Assembly: GCA_963720755.1 (NCBI GenBank) | Contig: CAVRGP010000015.1 | Location: 96,001-160,000 of the forward strand | DNA from: an uncultured Chloroflexia bacterium | GTDB taxonomy: Bacteria > Chloroflexota > Limnocylindria > Limnocylindrales > CSP1-4 | Direction of reading: 5' to 3' | Length of the DNA: 64,000 nt | Translations under genes and position numbers: made by a program | The notes under the pieces: generated by a model | Database searches by the model: none | The model's input: the letters and a program-made list of their open reading frames with translations, nothing else | What the model was told of the DNA's origin: nothing | Part shown: in pieces, positions 30,646-40,592 of the stretch | Layout: every line of letters starts with the position of its first letter | Position numbering within the stretch: the stretch's first letter is position 1

Positions 30646-31524
30646 CTAGGGCAGGAGCGCGTCGAGCGCTCTGTCGAGCGCCCCGCCCGGGGCGCCCAGG
30701 ATGGTCCGCGAGAACGTGGCGGTGAAGTGCTCCATGTCCCGAAACACCCGGATGCCCTTGACGAAGGCTGGACACGGCCATCGGGCGCAGGTCGCGCGGG
30801 TGAGATCGATCAGGCTGTCACCGCTCGACCTCACGGCCACATTCTCGATCGCTCCGAGGGCGTATGAGAGGGCGACCGACTTCGGGATCGAACGGAGCGG
30901 GTTGCCGGCGAACGGTGCGTCGACGATCACGGCGACCTGGCCGGGAACCTTCTTGAGCATCCGCCCGACGGCGAGACCTTTGGCCTTGTTGGAGCGGTCC
31001 GTCAAGCGGACCGGATGCATCGCCCGTCGGCTCGCCACGACGAGGGTCAGGGCCGGCCTGAGGGCCGTGAGGCGTCGCACGACATTGAGGTTCCAGGTCG
31101 CGCACTCCGTGTACTCACGGCCGAGCGCGATGTTGCGCAGGCGCATGTCCGCGAACGCACACGACACCTTGACGAGGACGACCAGCTTCCAATGGTGTGC
31201 CTTGGCGATCCTGTTGATCGCCGGGAAGAGATGTGACGCATGCGAGTCGCCGACGAGGGCGATGACGACCCGGCTTGTCCGGTCGCCGTAGATGCAGGCG
31301 GTGTTCGGCCTGGTGATCCGCTCCCAGGCCAGGCAGTGCTCGGTCCAGAGCCGCTCTTTGTCGTTCGCTGGACTGACTGCGCTGACCGTCTGGACCCCGA
31401 CCGCGAACCCGGACGACAGGACGATCACGGCCAGCAGCGACGCAGCCCCGACCGACAACAGGCGGCTAGACAACGCGCGCAACAGGATCCTCGACTTTCG
31501 GTGGCTGGCAGGTTGGGTGCTCAT
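30646..31524 (-). CDS. Stand-alone exported SGNH domain paralogous to the AT3-fused domain
   Basis: N-terminal hydrophobic segment; ALVGDSHA, LVKVSCAF, RDMEHFTATFSR. Confidence 0.8.
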   Translation of the reverse strand: MSTQPASHRKSRILLRALSSRLLSVGAASLLAVIVLSSGFAVGVQTVSAVSPANDKERLWTEHCLAWERITRPNTACIYGDRTSRVVIALVGDSHASHLFPAINRIAKAHHWKLVVLVKVSCAFADMRLRNIALGREYTECATWNLNVVRRLTALRPALTLVVASRRAMHPVRLTDRSNKAKGLAVGRMLKKVPGQVAVIVDAPFAGNPLRSIPKSVALSYALGAIENVAVRSSGDSLIDLTRATCARWPCPAFVKGIRVFRDMEHFTATFSRTILGAPGGALDRALDALLP

Positions 31525-31755
31525 TCCCGGACTCGAGAGCCTGCCGAGAAGATGCCCGGGACTCGAGGCTTCCGTTATCCCCCGAATGCCGTCGGGCAAC
31601 ACACGGAGGGGGACTTTCGGATGCCTTCACGAGGGGCGTCCGCGTGACGTGGTGCCGCCAGTCACCGGCATCGGCGATCAGATGGGAGGTTCGGTGTGCT
31701 CCGGCGCTACACTGCCGACTTCGCGGCGGGCCCGACGCCGCATGGAGGAGGATCT

Positions 31756-32640
31756 GTGGAGCGGCGCGATCCGCACGGCCGACATCGACGACGCCTGTTC
31801 GTCGCGTTCATCTCGCTCGTCTCGCTGGCTGCTTTCGCGATGCTCGCGTTCGGACCGAACCAGCCCCACGCCTTGCCGGACGGTGGGGTCCTCGGCCTGG
31901 TCAGCGAGCTGGATCCCGCTGACGCGACATCGAACCAGGCGACCTCATCGGTCCCGACCCCCGCCAGTTCGCGCTCGCCGATCCTGGAGCCGATCCAGGA
32001 GCCGCCCCTGTCCGCTCCGGTGAGCGTGCGTCCTCAGATCAGCGTCGTCCAGAAGCCGGTGCGCGTCGCGAAGGCTGCAGCGTCCGGTGCGAAGGTGGTG
32101 TTCCTGGGCGATTCCTACACGACGGGCTATAACGGTGCTGGACTCGGTGCGCGCGGATGGCCGAGGATCGTCGCGCGTGCCAAGGGCTGGCGGTCGGTCA
32201 AGCTCGCGGTCGCCGGGACGGGCTTCCTCAATCCTGGCTGGACGAACCAGCCCGTCGGGGCCCGGGTGACCGCCGCCATCCGCCAGAAGCCCGACGTCGT
32301 GTTCATCGCGGCCGGACACAACGACTCTCGTTGGACGGTGGCGGCGACCGAGCGGGCCGCGGACACCGTCATCGCCCGCCTCCACCGGGCCCTCCCAAGT
32401 GCTGTCCTGGTGATCGTCGCCCCGATCTGGCCGAGTGGAAGCCCACCGGCTCGATGCCTCGCACTTCGGGGCCACCTCCGCCGGGCGGCCGCATCGATCG
32501 GTGCGATCTTCATCGACCCATTGGCCGAGGGATGGTTCGCAGGGGGCGCCCACCGCTTCATCGGGCCCGATGCCATCCACCCGACCGACGCCGGCCACCG
32601 CTACATCGCGAAACGGGTGCTGGCCCACCTGCCGATCTGA
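31756..32640 (+). CDS. SGNH/GDSL hydrolase, membrane-anchored
   Basis: GGAGG SD; FLGDSYT, AGTG, AGHND, DAIHPT. Confidence 0.88.
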   Translation: MERRDPHGRHRRRLFVAFISLVSLAAFAMLAFGPNQPHALPDGGVLGLVSELDPADATSNQATSSVPTPASSRSPILEPIQEPPLSAPVSVRPQISVVQKPVRVAKAAASGAKVVFLGDSYTTGYNGAGLGARGWPRIVARAKGWRSVKLAVAGTGFLNPGWTNQPVGARVTAAIRQKPDVVFIAAGHNDSRWTVAATERAADTVIARLHRALPSAVLVIVAPIWPSGSPPARCLALRGHLRRAAASIGAIFIDPLAEGWFAGGAHRFIGPDAIHPTDAGHRYIAKRVLAHLPI

Positions 32641-32701
32641 GCCGTCTGCTCGGCGTGGTGCTCCGCCCGGATCGAAACGCGAAGGCGGTCGGCCCCGTTC
32701 G

Positions 32702-33663
32702 TCAGCCGGCGCGGATCGCTGACGGTCGGTCGGTCGGAGGAGAACTCTCTGGAGCGTCGCCGGACAGGGCCACTCGGTTTCGGCCCGCCTCCTTGGCCGC
32801 ATAGAGGGCCTGGTCGGCGCGAGTAAAGATGCTCTCGGCGGTGTCGCCAACCTCGCCGACGGTTCCGCCGATCGACACGGTGACCTTGATGTCGCCATCG
32901 TCTGTACGGACGAGGGTGCGTTCGACCAGCGCGCGGAACCGTTCGCCAACGACCCGGAGGGTCACCGCTTCCACGTCGGTGACCGTGAGGGCGAACTCCT
33001 CGCCACCGAACCGCGCGATGTCATCGCCCTGCCGCGAAGCCGCCAGCAGGGTCCGAGCCACGGACTGGAGGGCGATGTCGCCGGTCGCGTGGCCATAGGT
33101 ATCGTTGACCAGCTTGAACGTATCGATGTCCGCGATCAGCAGGCCGAAGCGCCGGTCATAGCCGGCGAGCTGGGCGATCCGCGACGACATCGCCATATCG
33201 AAATGGCGGCGGTTCGGCAGCCCGGTGAGCGCGTCGTGCATCGCCTGATCGCGGAGTTCCGAGACCTCCTGGCGCATCGTCGACAGGCCCGTGCTGTCCT
33301 GGAAGATCTCGATCGCCCCGACGATGTCGCCGACCCGGACCTGGACGGCGGCCGACCGGACCTGGACCGGGACCCGGTGTCCATCGCCAGGTTGTCGAAG
33401 CATTTGCGGCCGACGACCTCGGACGAGGCGAAGCCGGACAGCCGCTCAGCACCGTGGTTCCAGTATCGGATCTGGCGACCGCGGTCGACGTAGTAGACGC
33501 CGTCATAGAGATTGTCGATAACGGTCCGCTCGAGATGGTCGAACGAACTGTCGACCGCTGACGGTGATTGCTGAGCGTCGCCCTTGCCCGGGACGCGCTG
33601 AGGGATGGCTTCGTCCCGCTGCGCGGTTGACCACCAGCCTGGCTGGCCGATCGACCCATTCAT
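32702..33663 (-). pseudogene. PAS-GGDEF diguanylate cyclase interrupted within PAS (about 33390)
   Basis: DGVYYVD..YWNHGAE..CFDNL then frame change to DGHRVPV; DALTGLPNRR, DIDTFK, RQGD I-site, GGEEF. Confidence 0.82.
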
Positions 33664-36085
33664 TTGGCGGTGCCGGTCGACCCAATAGGTAGCCCTGGAC
33701 GAGGCTGACCCCGAGCCGGCGGAGGGTCGCCAGCTCCCCCTCCGTCTCGACCCCCTCGGCGATCGTCTGACTGCCCGATTCCGCGGCGAACTGGAGGAGT
33801 CCGACGACGAGCGCCTGGCGGGTCAGGTCGATGTCAATTCCACGAACGAGCGTGATGTCGAGCTTCACGAAGTCGGGTCGCAGCTCGACGATGTGGTGGA
33901 AGTTTGCGATGCCGGAGCCGGCGTCGTCGATGGCGACCCGGACCTTTGGGCGGAGCCGTGCGATGGCCGTGCGAACGGCTGGGTAGTCATCGACCGGAAC
34001 GTGCTCGGTGATCTCGAGGACGACCGGCCGCCCGACCTTGCGCAGCAGCCTGCCGAGCGCTGGGCCACCGGTCACGAGCGAAGGCGAGACGTTCAGGCTG
34101 AGCCAGGCGTCCTTCGGCAGGACCGCCGCCGCGCTGATCGCCGCTGCCAGTGTCGCCAGCTCGAGCTCGGCTTCGAGGCCGGCTGCGCGCGCCTTGGCGA
34201 AGACGACGTCCGGGGGCGTCCCGGTGGCGAATCGGGTGAGCGCCTCGTACCCGATACGGACACCGGTCGTGATGTCGACGACCGGCTGAAAGGCCGCCCG
34301 GAAGGCCTGGGCCCGGATGATCGCAGCGACGCTCTCGCGCCCGCGACGCAGCTGGGTTCGCGCGTCGATGTCGCGGCCGATGATCGCGCCGCTGAGCTCG
34401 GCGAACTCGACGAGCGCCGGGAGCACCTCGGTGAAGGTGGGGTCCCCGGGTGCCCGCTGGGTATCGACGACAAGGAGGCCGATCAGCCGGCCCGCCTGGT
34501 AGATCGGGGCACAGGCGGTCGAGTGGACACCCAGACCAGTCAGGAGCGTGTTGTACGGGTGCCATGGACGGTTCACCCAGGGTTCGATCCAGGTTCCCTT
34601 GGCGGCGCGCTCGGCGAGACGCCTGCTCCGCTGGACGGGCAGCCGGCGAAGCGGCGGGTCCGGTCGCCCGGTCACCGCGAAACCGAGCGCGGTCGCCCTC
34701 CGATCGAGCTCGAACATGTAGATCGAGGCGGTCATGATCTCACTGAGGCCGAGGACCTGGCGGCAGATCATCTGAGCCGTCGTTTCGACGGTATCCGCCT
34801 CGTGGATGCCGCGAAGCGTCTCGGCGATGAGGGCCCGCTCGTGGGCGATTCGGGTCGCCGCCGCCGCGTACGCCCGCTCCCGGGTCATATCGCGCTTGAC
34901 GGCGAGGTAGCTCGTGATCTCGCCGGCCTCGTCGAGGATCGGCGAGATGACACTCTCCTCGAGGAAGAGGCTGCCGTCCTTGCGTCGGTTCGTGAAGTCG
35001 GCGGTGAACGATCGCCCGCTCGCGAGGGTCGCCCACATCGCCGCGTAAAAGGCCGGCTCCTGGACGTCGCTCTTGACGATGCGCGGGTTCTGGCCGATGA
35101 CTTCAGCGCGGGTGTAGCCGCTGACCCGCTCGAAGGCCGGGTTGACGTACTCGATCCGACCGGCCGTGTCGGTGATCACGACCGAATCAGCCGACTGCTC
35201 GATCGCAAGCGCGAGACGGCGCGTCTCGAACTCGCGCCGATGGCGCTCGCTGACGTCCTGGACCGAGTGGAGATAGCCGTCCCCGAGCTTGGCGGCACGC
35301 AGGTCGAGGTACTGGTCGAGCGCGCCGCCCGCCGCATCCGGGTCGACGTAGTGGAAGTCGTCCGCGGCGAACGGGCGCCCGGTCTCGACGACGTCGCGAT
35401 ACGCCTCGAACAGCCCATTCGTGCGGTGTGCCGGGAAGAGCTCGAGGAAGGTGTGACCGACCTGCTCGGACGCCGGCACCCGACTGATGCCCGCCATCAT
35501 CGGGTTGACGTAGTCGAGCCGGAAGTCGACGATCCCGCCACCCTCGTCCCGGATCGCCGAGTGGATGGCCACGCCCTCGAGCATCGAGTCGAGCGCGGTC
35601 TGCAGGCGCGCCTCTGAGACCACAAGCGCCGCAACGAGTCGGTCGCGCTCGGCGGCCCGTTCCGTGCGTTCCGTCACGTCGCGAGAGATTCCGAACGTCC
35701 CGACCACTGCGCCGTGAGCGTCCGTCTGGATCATCTTCGTCGTCGAGTCCCATGTCTGGCGGCGGTCGGGCCAGGTCTTTCGTTCCACGAGGTCGACGAT
35801 GGGTTGTCCGGTTGCGATGACCAGCCGTTCGTCCCGATCCGCCAGGCCGGCCTGATCCTCCGTGAAGAAGTCGAGATCCGTCCGACCGACGGCGTCGGCA
35901 GGATCGGCCAGGCCGAACGCCGTGGCCAGGGACTTGCTGATCATCGTGAACCGGCCGTCCACGTCCTTGAAGTAGACGTGATCCAGGATGTTGTCCATCA
36001 GGGTCGCGAGCAGGTCGGCGGTCGGCGAACCATTGACGTTCAGCCGCAATCCGTCCCGATCCGCCCCGTTCGGGTGTGCGGTCAT
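33503..36085 (-). CDS. Multi-PAS/GAF EAL c-di-GMP phosphodiesterase
   Basis: Three PAS; YEALTRF, NVSP, EITE, IDDAG, VKLD, EGVET, QGY. Confidence 0.9.
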   Translation of the reverse strand: MTAHPNGADRDGLRLNVNGSPTADLLATLMDNILDHVYFKDVDGRFTMISKSLATAFGLADPADAVGRTDLDFFTEDQAGLADRDERLVIATGQPIVDLVERKTWPDRRQTWDSTTKMIQTDAHGAVVGTFGISRDVTERTERAAERDRLVAALVVSEARLQTALDSMLEGVAIHSAIRDEGGGIVDFRLDYVNPMMAGISRVPASEQVGHTFLELFPAHRTNGLFEAYRDVVETGRPFAADDFHYVDPDAAGGALDQYLDLRAAKLGDGYLHSVQDVSERHRREFETRRLALAIEQSADSVVITDTAGRIEYVNPAFERVSGYTRAEVIGQNPRIVKSDVQEPAFYAAMWATLASGRSFTADFTNRRKDGSLFLEESVISPILDEAGEITSYLAVKRDMTRERAYAAAATRIAHERALIAETLRGIHEADTVETTAQMICRQVLGLSEIMTASIYMFELDRRATALGFAVTGRPDPPLRRLPVQRSRRLAERAAKGTWIEPWVNRPWHPYNTLLTGLGVHSTACAPIYQAGRLIGLLVVDTQRAPGDPTFTEVLPALVEFAELSGAIIGRDIDARTQLRRGRESVAAIIRAQAFRAAFQPVVDITTGVRIGYEALTRFATGTPPDVVFAKARAAGLEAELELATLAAAISAAAVLPKDAWLSLNVSPSLVTGGPALGRLLRKVGRPVVLEITEHVPVDDYPAVRTAIARLRPKVRVAIDDAGSGIANFHHIVELRPDFVKLDITLVRGIDIDLTRQALVVGLLQFAAESGSQTIAEGVETEGELATLRRLGVSLVQGYLLGRPAPPNEWVDRPARLVVNRAAGRSHPSARPGQGRRSAITVSGRQFVRPSRADRYRQSL

Positions 36086-36191
36086 CGACTTTCCCGGAGG
36101 AGCCGCTCGAGGATGGCCGACCAGGTGGGCGGCGTGGTCATAACGGGCAATCAGCTCCACGGTCAACGTAGGTCCAGCGCGGATCCGTGTC

Positions 36192-36701
36192 ATGACGACG
36201 CGTCATCTTCCGGCCCGACGGCGCGAGCGGCCTAGGGTAGCGATCCACCACGAGAGGACCAATGCCGGGGAAAGCAGGACCCGCGGGCACCTGACCCGGA
36301 TCGGGTCGATAGGTACCATTGACCGGAGGACCGCCTCGGCAAGACTCCTGACGCGGCAACATCCGCCGCTCAGGCCCCTGGAGTCGCCCGATTACCAGGG
36401 CAGCACCGTCTGGACCAGCCTTGGGGCCATCTACCTTCAGGTGCTTCGAACAGTGAACCCGGTCCTGGCTGCTCGGGAGACCGCTCGGTACGTCGAGTGG
36501 ATCGAGCGGGACGGCACGTTCTGGGAGGTCACGGACACGCGCGGTCAGAACTGGGTGAGCCCGCGTTGGATCATGATCGGCGAGGAGAGCGTGCTTTGGT
36601 CGGCGGTCTTCGGCGACCTGCTCGCCTTCCCGGCCGGGACGCCGGCGTTCCTGGCGCCGCTCGCGGCGATCGCGACCGAATCGTTGCCCATCGCGGCCTA
36701 G
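36192..36701 (+). CDS. Hypothetical protein (start uncertain, likely downstream)
   Basis: 3' half has coding-like codon usage; no recognised motif. Confidence 0.4.
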   Translation: MTTRHLPARRRERPRVAIHHERTNAGESRTRGHLTRIGSIGTIDRRTASARLLTRQHPPLRPLESPDYQGSTVWTSLGAIYLQVLRTVNPVLAARETARYVEWIERDGTFWEVTDTRGQNWVSPRWIMIGEESVLWSAVFGDLLAFPAGTPAFLAPLAAIATESLPIAA

Positions 36702-36765
36702 GGCTGAGCACGAGGTAGGACGGAACCGGACGGGTTCGGGTAGTCCTCGTTTCCCGTCGGTTAGT

Positions 36766-36840
36766 TGGCTGGCGAGGAAGGATTCGAACCTTCGATCTCC
36801 TGATCCAGAGTCAGGCGCCTTACCGCTTGGCCACTCGCCA
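36766..36840 (-). tRNA. tRNA-Gln (anticodon CTG), encoded CCA
   Basis: TGGCGAGTGGCCAAGCGGTAAGGCGCCTGACTCTGGATCAGGAGATCGAAGGTTCGAATCCTTCCTCGCCAGCCA. Confidence 0.97.
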
Positions 36841-36903
36841 GTGGAGCGGCCGCGATGATACCGCACCGAGCCCTCTCGAGCCTCCTCTGCTACCCTGCCG
36901 TCC

Positions 36904-38559
36904 GTGGATCAGGAGGAGATCGACCCAAGCGCAGCGAGTGCCACGCCGCCCGATCACGGGTCGACGGGCGCTCCGTCATCGACCCATGGCGCTGGTCGGG
37001 CACGATACGTACCCGCTGTCCTTGACGCCCTCATTCCGGGCCTCGGTCACCTTGCCGCCGGGCGCCTCCGCCGGGCGATCCTGTTCCTGACGCCGGTCAT
37101 CGTCGCCGCGATCGCCGCGGGATCGGTCATCGTGACGACCTCCCTGCCGCGACTGGCCGGAGAACTTCTCGCCTCCGAGGTCATCTGGGGCCTCCTCGCG
37201 GCGCAGGGCCTGTTCCTGATCTGGCGTCTCCTTGCGGTGGGGTCGAGCGTCTGGAACCCGTCGCTGCCGCGGCCGGGCCGGCGCGACGTCCTGCCGGTCG
37301 CGCTTCTGGTGCTGGTCATCGTCGCGCCCCAGGCATACGCCGGGTATGCGACCAATACGGCGCGCGAGACCGCCGACGAGGTCTTCGTCGAGTCGACGCC
37401 CGTCCCGACCGGGCCGATCTTCACGCCGGAGCCCGATCCCAGCAATCTAGATCCAGCGCCGGCGTCCGCGGACCCGAGCGCCTCGCTGATGCCCTCGCCG
37501 TCGCCCAGCCCGCTCACGCCAAGGATCACCGGACTCGTGGTGGGCGTGGATTCGGGCGTCGGCCGGAGCACCTACCTGACCGACACGATGATCGTCGTCT
37601 CGGTCGATCCGGTCACCGAAACGGTGTCGATGGTGTCGATCCCGCGGGACATGGTCGACGTCCCCCTCGCGGATGGCCGCAAGTACCGAGGCAAGATCAA
37701 CTCGCTCGTGTCGTACGCGCGCCACAACCCTCGGCAGTTCCCTGGCAGTGACGGCAGCGGCTTCGATGTGCTCATGGGCGCGCTCGGGACGCTGCTGCAG
37801 GTACCCATCCAGTACTACGCCACGGTCAACCTGGGCGGCTTCGTGAAGGTCGTCGACACGCTCGGCGGTGTCAACGTCAACGTCACCCGCTCGTTCTGTG
37901 ACCCCCGCTACCGGGAATACGGCTACCTGAGCGGGTTCGCGATCACCGCCGGCCGGCACCACCTCAATGGCTATCAGGCGCTGGCCTACGCACGAGTTCG
38001 CAAGCCGCTCGGCGAGAGCGATTTCACCCGGGCGGCCCGGCAGCAGGAAGTCGTGTCCGGGATCAGGGATGCCATCGTGCGCGGCGACTTCCTGAACGAT
38101 CCGATCGGGCTGATCAAGGCGCTGGGCCAGACCGTCGAGACGAATGTGCCCCGCAAGATGCTCCCGGATCTCGCCGATCTGGCCAGCCGGGTGAACCGCA
38201 AGGCGACCTACCGGGCCGTCATCGACCACCCGCTCGTTCGCGGCGCCTATGACAGTCGCGGCTCCATCCAGGTTCCCAACATCGACCGGATCCGCAAGCT
38301 CGCCGGCCGGATGTTCCCCGCACCCGGGACCCTGCCCGCGGCCCTCTACATCGCTCGGCCGTCGAGCGGCTCGGTCAATGGGAGCGGCGTCAGCTCCTGC
38401 GGGACACCGAAACCGACCCCGAAACCGACCCCGAAGCCGACACCCAAACCGACCCCGACACCGACACCGGCGCCACCGACGCCATCGCCCAGCCCGAGCC
38501 CGAGCCAATCCCTGGCCCCGGCCTCTTCGACGTCACGGGGTCGCTCGGCGTCAGCCTGA
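36904..38559 (+). CDS. LytR-CpsA-Psr (LCP) family protein
   Basis: GVDS, TDTMIV, SIPRD, KINS, ALAYARVRK, DFTRAARQQ; Pro/Thr/Lys tail. Confidence 0.93.
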   Translation: MDQEEIDPSAASATPPDHGSTGAPSSTHGAGRARYVPAVLDALIPGLGHLAAGRLRRAILFLTPVIVAAIAAGSVIVTTSLPRLAGELLASEVIWGLLAAQGLFLIWRLLAVGSSVWNPSLPRPGRRDVLPVALLVLVIVAPQAYAGYATNTARETADEVFVESTPVPTGPIFTPEPDPSNLDPAPASADPSASLMPSPSPSPLTPRITGLVVGVDSGVGRSTYLTDTMIVVSVDPVTETVSMVSIPRDMVDVPLADGRKYRGKINSLVSYARHNPRQFPGSDGSGFDVLMGALGTLLQVPIQYYATVNLGGFVKVVDTLGGVNVNVTRSFCDPRYREYGYLSGFAITAGRHHLNGYQALAYARVRKPLGESDFTRAARQQEVVSGIRDAIVRGDFLNDPIGLIKALGQTVETNVPRKMLPDLADLASRVNRKATYRAVIDHPLVRGAYDSRGSIQVPNIDRIRKLAGRMFPAPGTLPAALYIARPSSGSVNGSGVSSCGTPKPTPKPTPKPTPKPTPTPTPAPPTPSPSPSPSQSLAPASSTSRGRSASA

Positions 38560-38603
38560 CGGTACGTTGGTCCAGGCGACATCGGGCCAGTGACCGTGTC
38601 AGG

Positions 38604-39449
38604 ATGCCCGTGATGCCTGCCCCGCCCATCGGATCCGCCGCCGCGATCCGTCGCTTTCGCGACGGCCCGACCGCCCTCCGTCTCGTTGCGATCCTGTCCT
38701 GCTGCCTGCTCGCCGCGACCCTGACGTCGACGGTCGCGGCGGCCACGCCATTGCCGTCATGCCAAAACGGCAACACGCTCACGGCCGAGCGGACCTACGC
38801 GGATTGGTCGCGATCCATCCTCGACACGACGTTCCGCCTCAGGAAATCGTATGCGCCCTCCGACCTGCGCTCGACGGCGAACGCCGGCCTGAACGGGAGC
38901 CACAAGGTGCGGTCGCTGGTCATCGCGGACCTGCGGGCGATGGCCACGGCGGCTCGGCGAGCCGGGGCGCGGCTCGCGGTCCAGTCCGCATACCGGAGCT
39001 ACGCGACCCAGAAGGCGACCTTCAGCTACTGGGTCCGCGTCCTGGGTGAGGCCGAGGCGCTGAGGACGAGTGCCCGGGCAGGTCACAGTGAGCACCAACT
39101 CGGGACGACGATCGATTTCCGCGCCTATGGCGGCCCACCGGCCTGGGACCAGAAGGGCTGGGCCAAGACCAGGGTGGCCGTCTGGCTGCGCAGGAACGCC
39201 TGGAAATACGGCTTCGTGATGTCGTACCCGAAGCATCGGAAGTCTGCGACCTGCTACACGTACGAACCGTGGCACTTCCGCTATGTCGGCCGAACGGCTG
39301 CGGCGAACGTCCACGCCAGCGGGTTGACCCTTCGCGAATACCTGTGGCGGGAGCAGACGACCCCGAGCCCGACGCCGACGCCGAGCCCGACGCCGACCCC
39401 ATCGCCTTCGCCGACACCGACGTCGGAGCCCACCCCGGTACCCGGATAG
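38604..39449 (+). CDS. M15B D-Ala-D-Ala carboxypeptidase (VanY-like)
   Basis: SAYRSY, SEHQLGTTID, YEPWHFRYVG; Pro/Thr/Ser tail. Confidence 0.92.
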   Translation: MPVMPAPPIGSAAAIRRFRDGPTALRLVAILSCCLLAATLTSTVAAATPLPSCQNGNTLTAERTYADWSRSILDTTFRLRKSYAPSDLRSTANAGLNGSHKVRSLVIADLRAMATAARRAGARLAVQSAYRSYATQKATFSYWVRVLGEAEALRTSARAGHSEHQLGTTIDFRAYGGPPAWDQKGWAKTRVAVWLRRNAWKYGFVMSYPKHRKSATCYTYEPWHFRYVGRTAAANVHASGLTLREYLWREQTTPSPTPTPSPTPTPSPSPTPTSEPTPVPG

Positions 39450-39542
39450 GCCCGGCACGCGGCCGCACGCGCGAACGGGCGAACCGTATGCTTCGCTTCG
39501 TGGACTGACCTCCCGTTCGTCGCATCCGTCCGAGGAGTCGCT

Positions 39543-40511
39543 GTGGCCCAGTTCGACCTTCCACTCAGCGCGCTGCGCACCTACGATCCGGCCCTCGTCC
39601 CGCCCGACGATCTGGACGCGTTCTGGGCGTCGACCCTGGCGGATGCGCGACGCCACGCCCTGGACCCGACGTTCGTTCCGATCGACACCGGTCTGGACTT
39701 GGTCTCCACCTTCGACGTGACCTTCGCCGGGTTCGGTGGTGCGCCCATCCGCGCATGGCTCCATCTTCCGGCGGGAAGCTCGGGGCCGCTCCCGACCGTC
39801 GTCGAGTACGTGGGCTACGGAGGCGGTCGGGGCCTGGCCCATGAACGCATCCTGTGGGCGGTCGCCGGCTATGCCCATTTCGTGATGGATACTCGTGGCC
39901 AGGGATCGTCCTGGGCGATGGGGGACACCGCCGACCCGGGTTCCGATGGAGCGCCTTCACATCCGGGGTTCGTCACCCGCGGGATCCTGGACCCGGCGAC
40001 GTATTACTACCGGCGGCTGTTCACCGATGCCGTTCGTGCGGTCGAGGCCGCGCGATCCCACCACGCGGTGGATCCGACGCGCGTCGCCGTCGCCGGTGGC
40101 AGCCAGGGTGGCGCGCTCGCGATCGCGGTGGCATCCCTGTCACCGGACGTCGCAGCGGCCCTGCCCGACGTGCCGTTCCTGAGCGACATCCCGCGAGCGA
40201 TCACGATCATCGACACGGATCCTTACGGCGAGATCGTCCGCTACCTCAAGCTGCATCGGGACCAGGTCGAGCAGGCGCTGGCGACACTGTCCTACTTCGA
40301 CGTCTCCATCCTGGCGAGGCGGGCGATCGCCCCGGCCATCTTCTCGGTCGGCCTGATGGATCAGATCTGTCCGCCCTCCACCGTGTACGCGGCCTACAAC
40401 GCGTACGGGGGCCCGAAGGAGATCCTTGAGTACGCGTTCAACGAGCACGAAGGCGGCGGCGCGTTCCACGACGCGGCGAAGCTTCGGTGGCTGCGCACCG
40501 CGCTTGGTTAG
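39543..40511 (+). CDS. CE7 acetylxylan esterase / cephalosporin-C deacetylase
   Basis: DTRGQG, GGSQGG, DQICPPST, HEGG. Confidence 0.92.
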   Translation: MAQFDLPLSALRTYDPALVPPDDLDAFWASTLADARRHALDPTFVPIDTGLDLVSTFDVTFAGFGGAPIRAWLHLPAGSSGPLPTVVEYVGYGGGRGLAHERILWAVAGYAHFVMDTRGQGSSWAMGDTADPGSDGAPSHPGFVTRGILDPATYYYRRLFTDAVRAVEAARSHHAVDPTRVAVAGGSQGGALAIAVASLSPDVAAALPDVPFLSDIPRAITIIDTDPYGEIVRYLKLHRDQVEQALATLSYFDVSILARRAIAPAIFSVGLMDQICPPSTVYAAYNAYGGPKEILEYAFNEHEGGGAFHDAAKLRWLRTALG

Positions 40512-40592
40512 TAGCCTACTGGCAAGCATTTCCGGTATGATTGGCCGGATGCCCCGATCCATCCCACGCCCTGTGCCCGCTCGTCCGCGACG

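Noticed and set aside
38405-39445. Short tandem repeats as CRISPR or VNTR
   Set aside because: In-frame Pro/Thr codon repeats with no spacers and no cas genes
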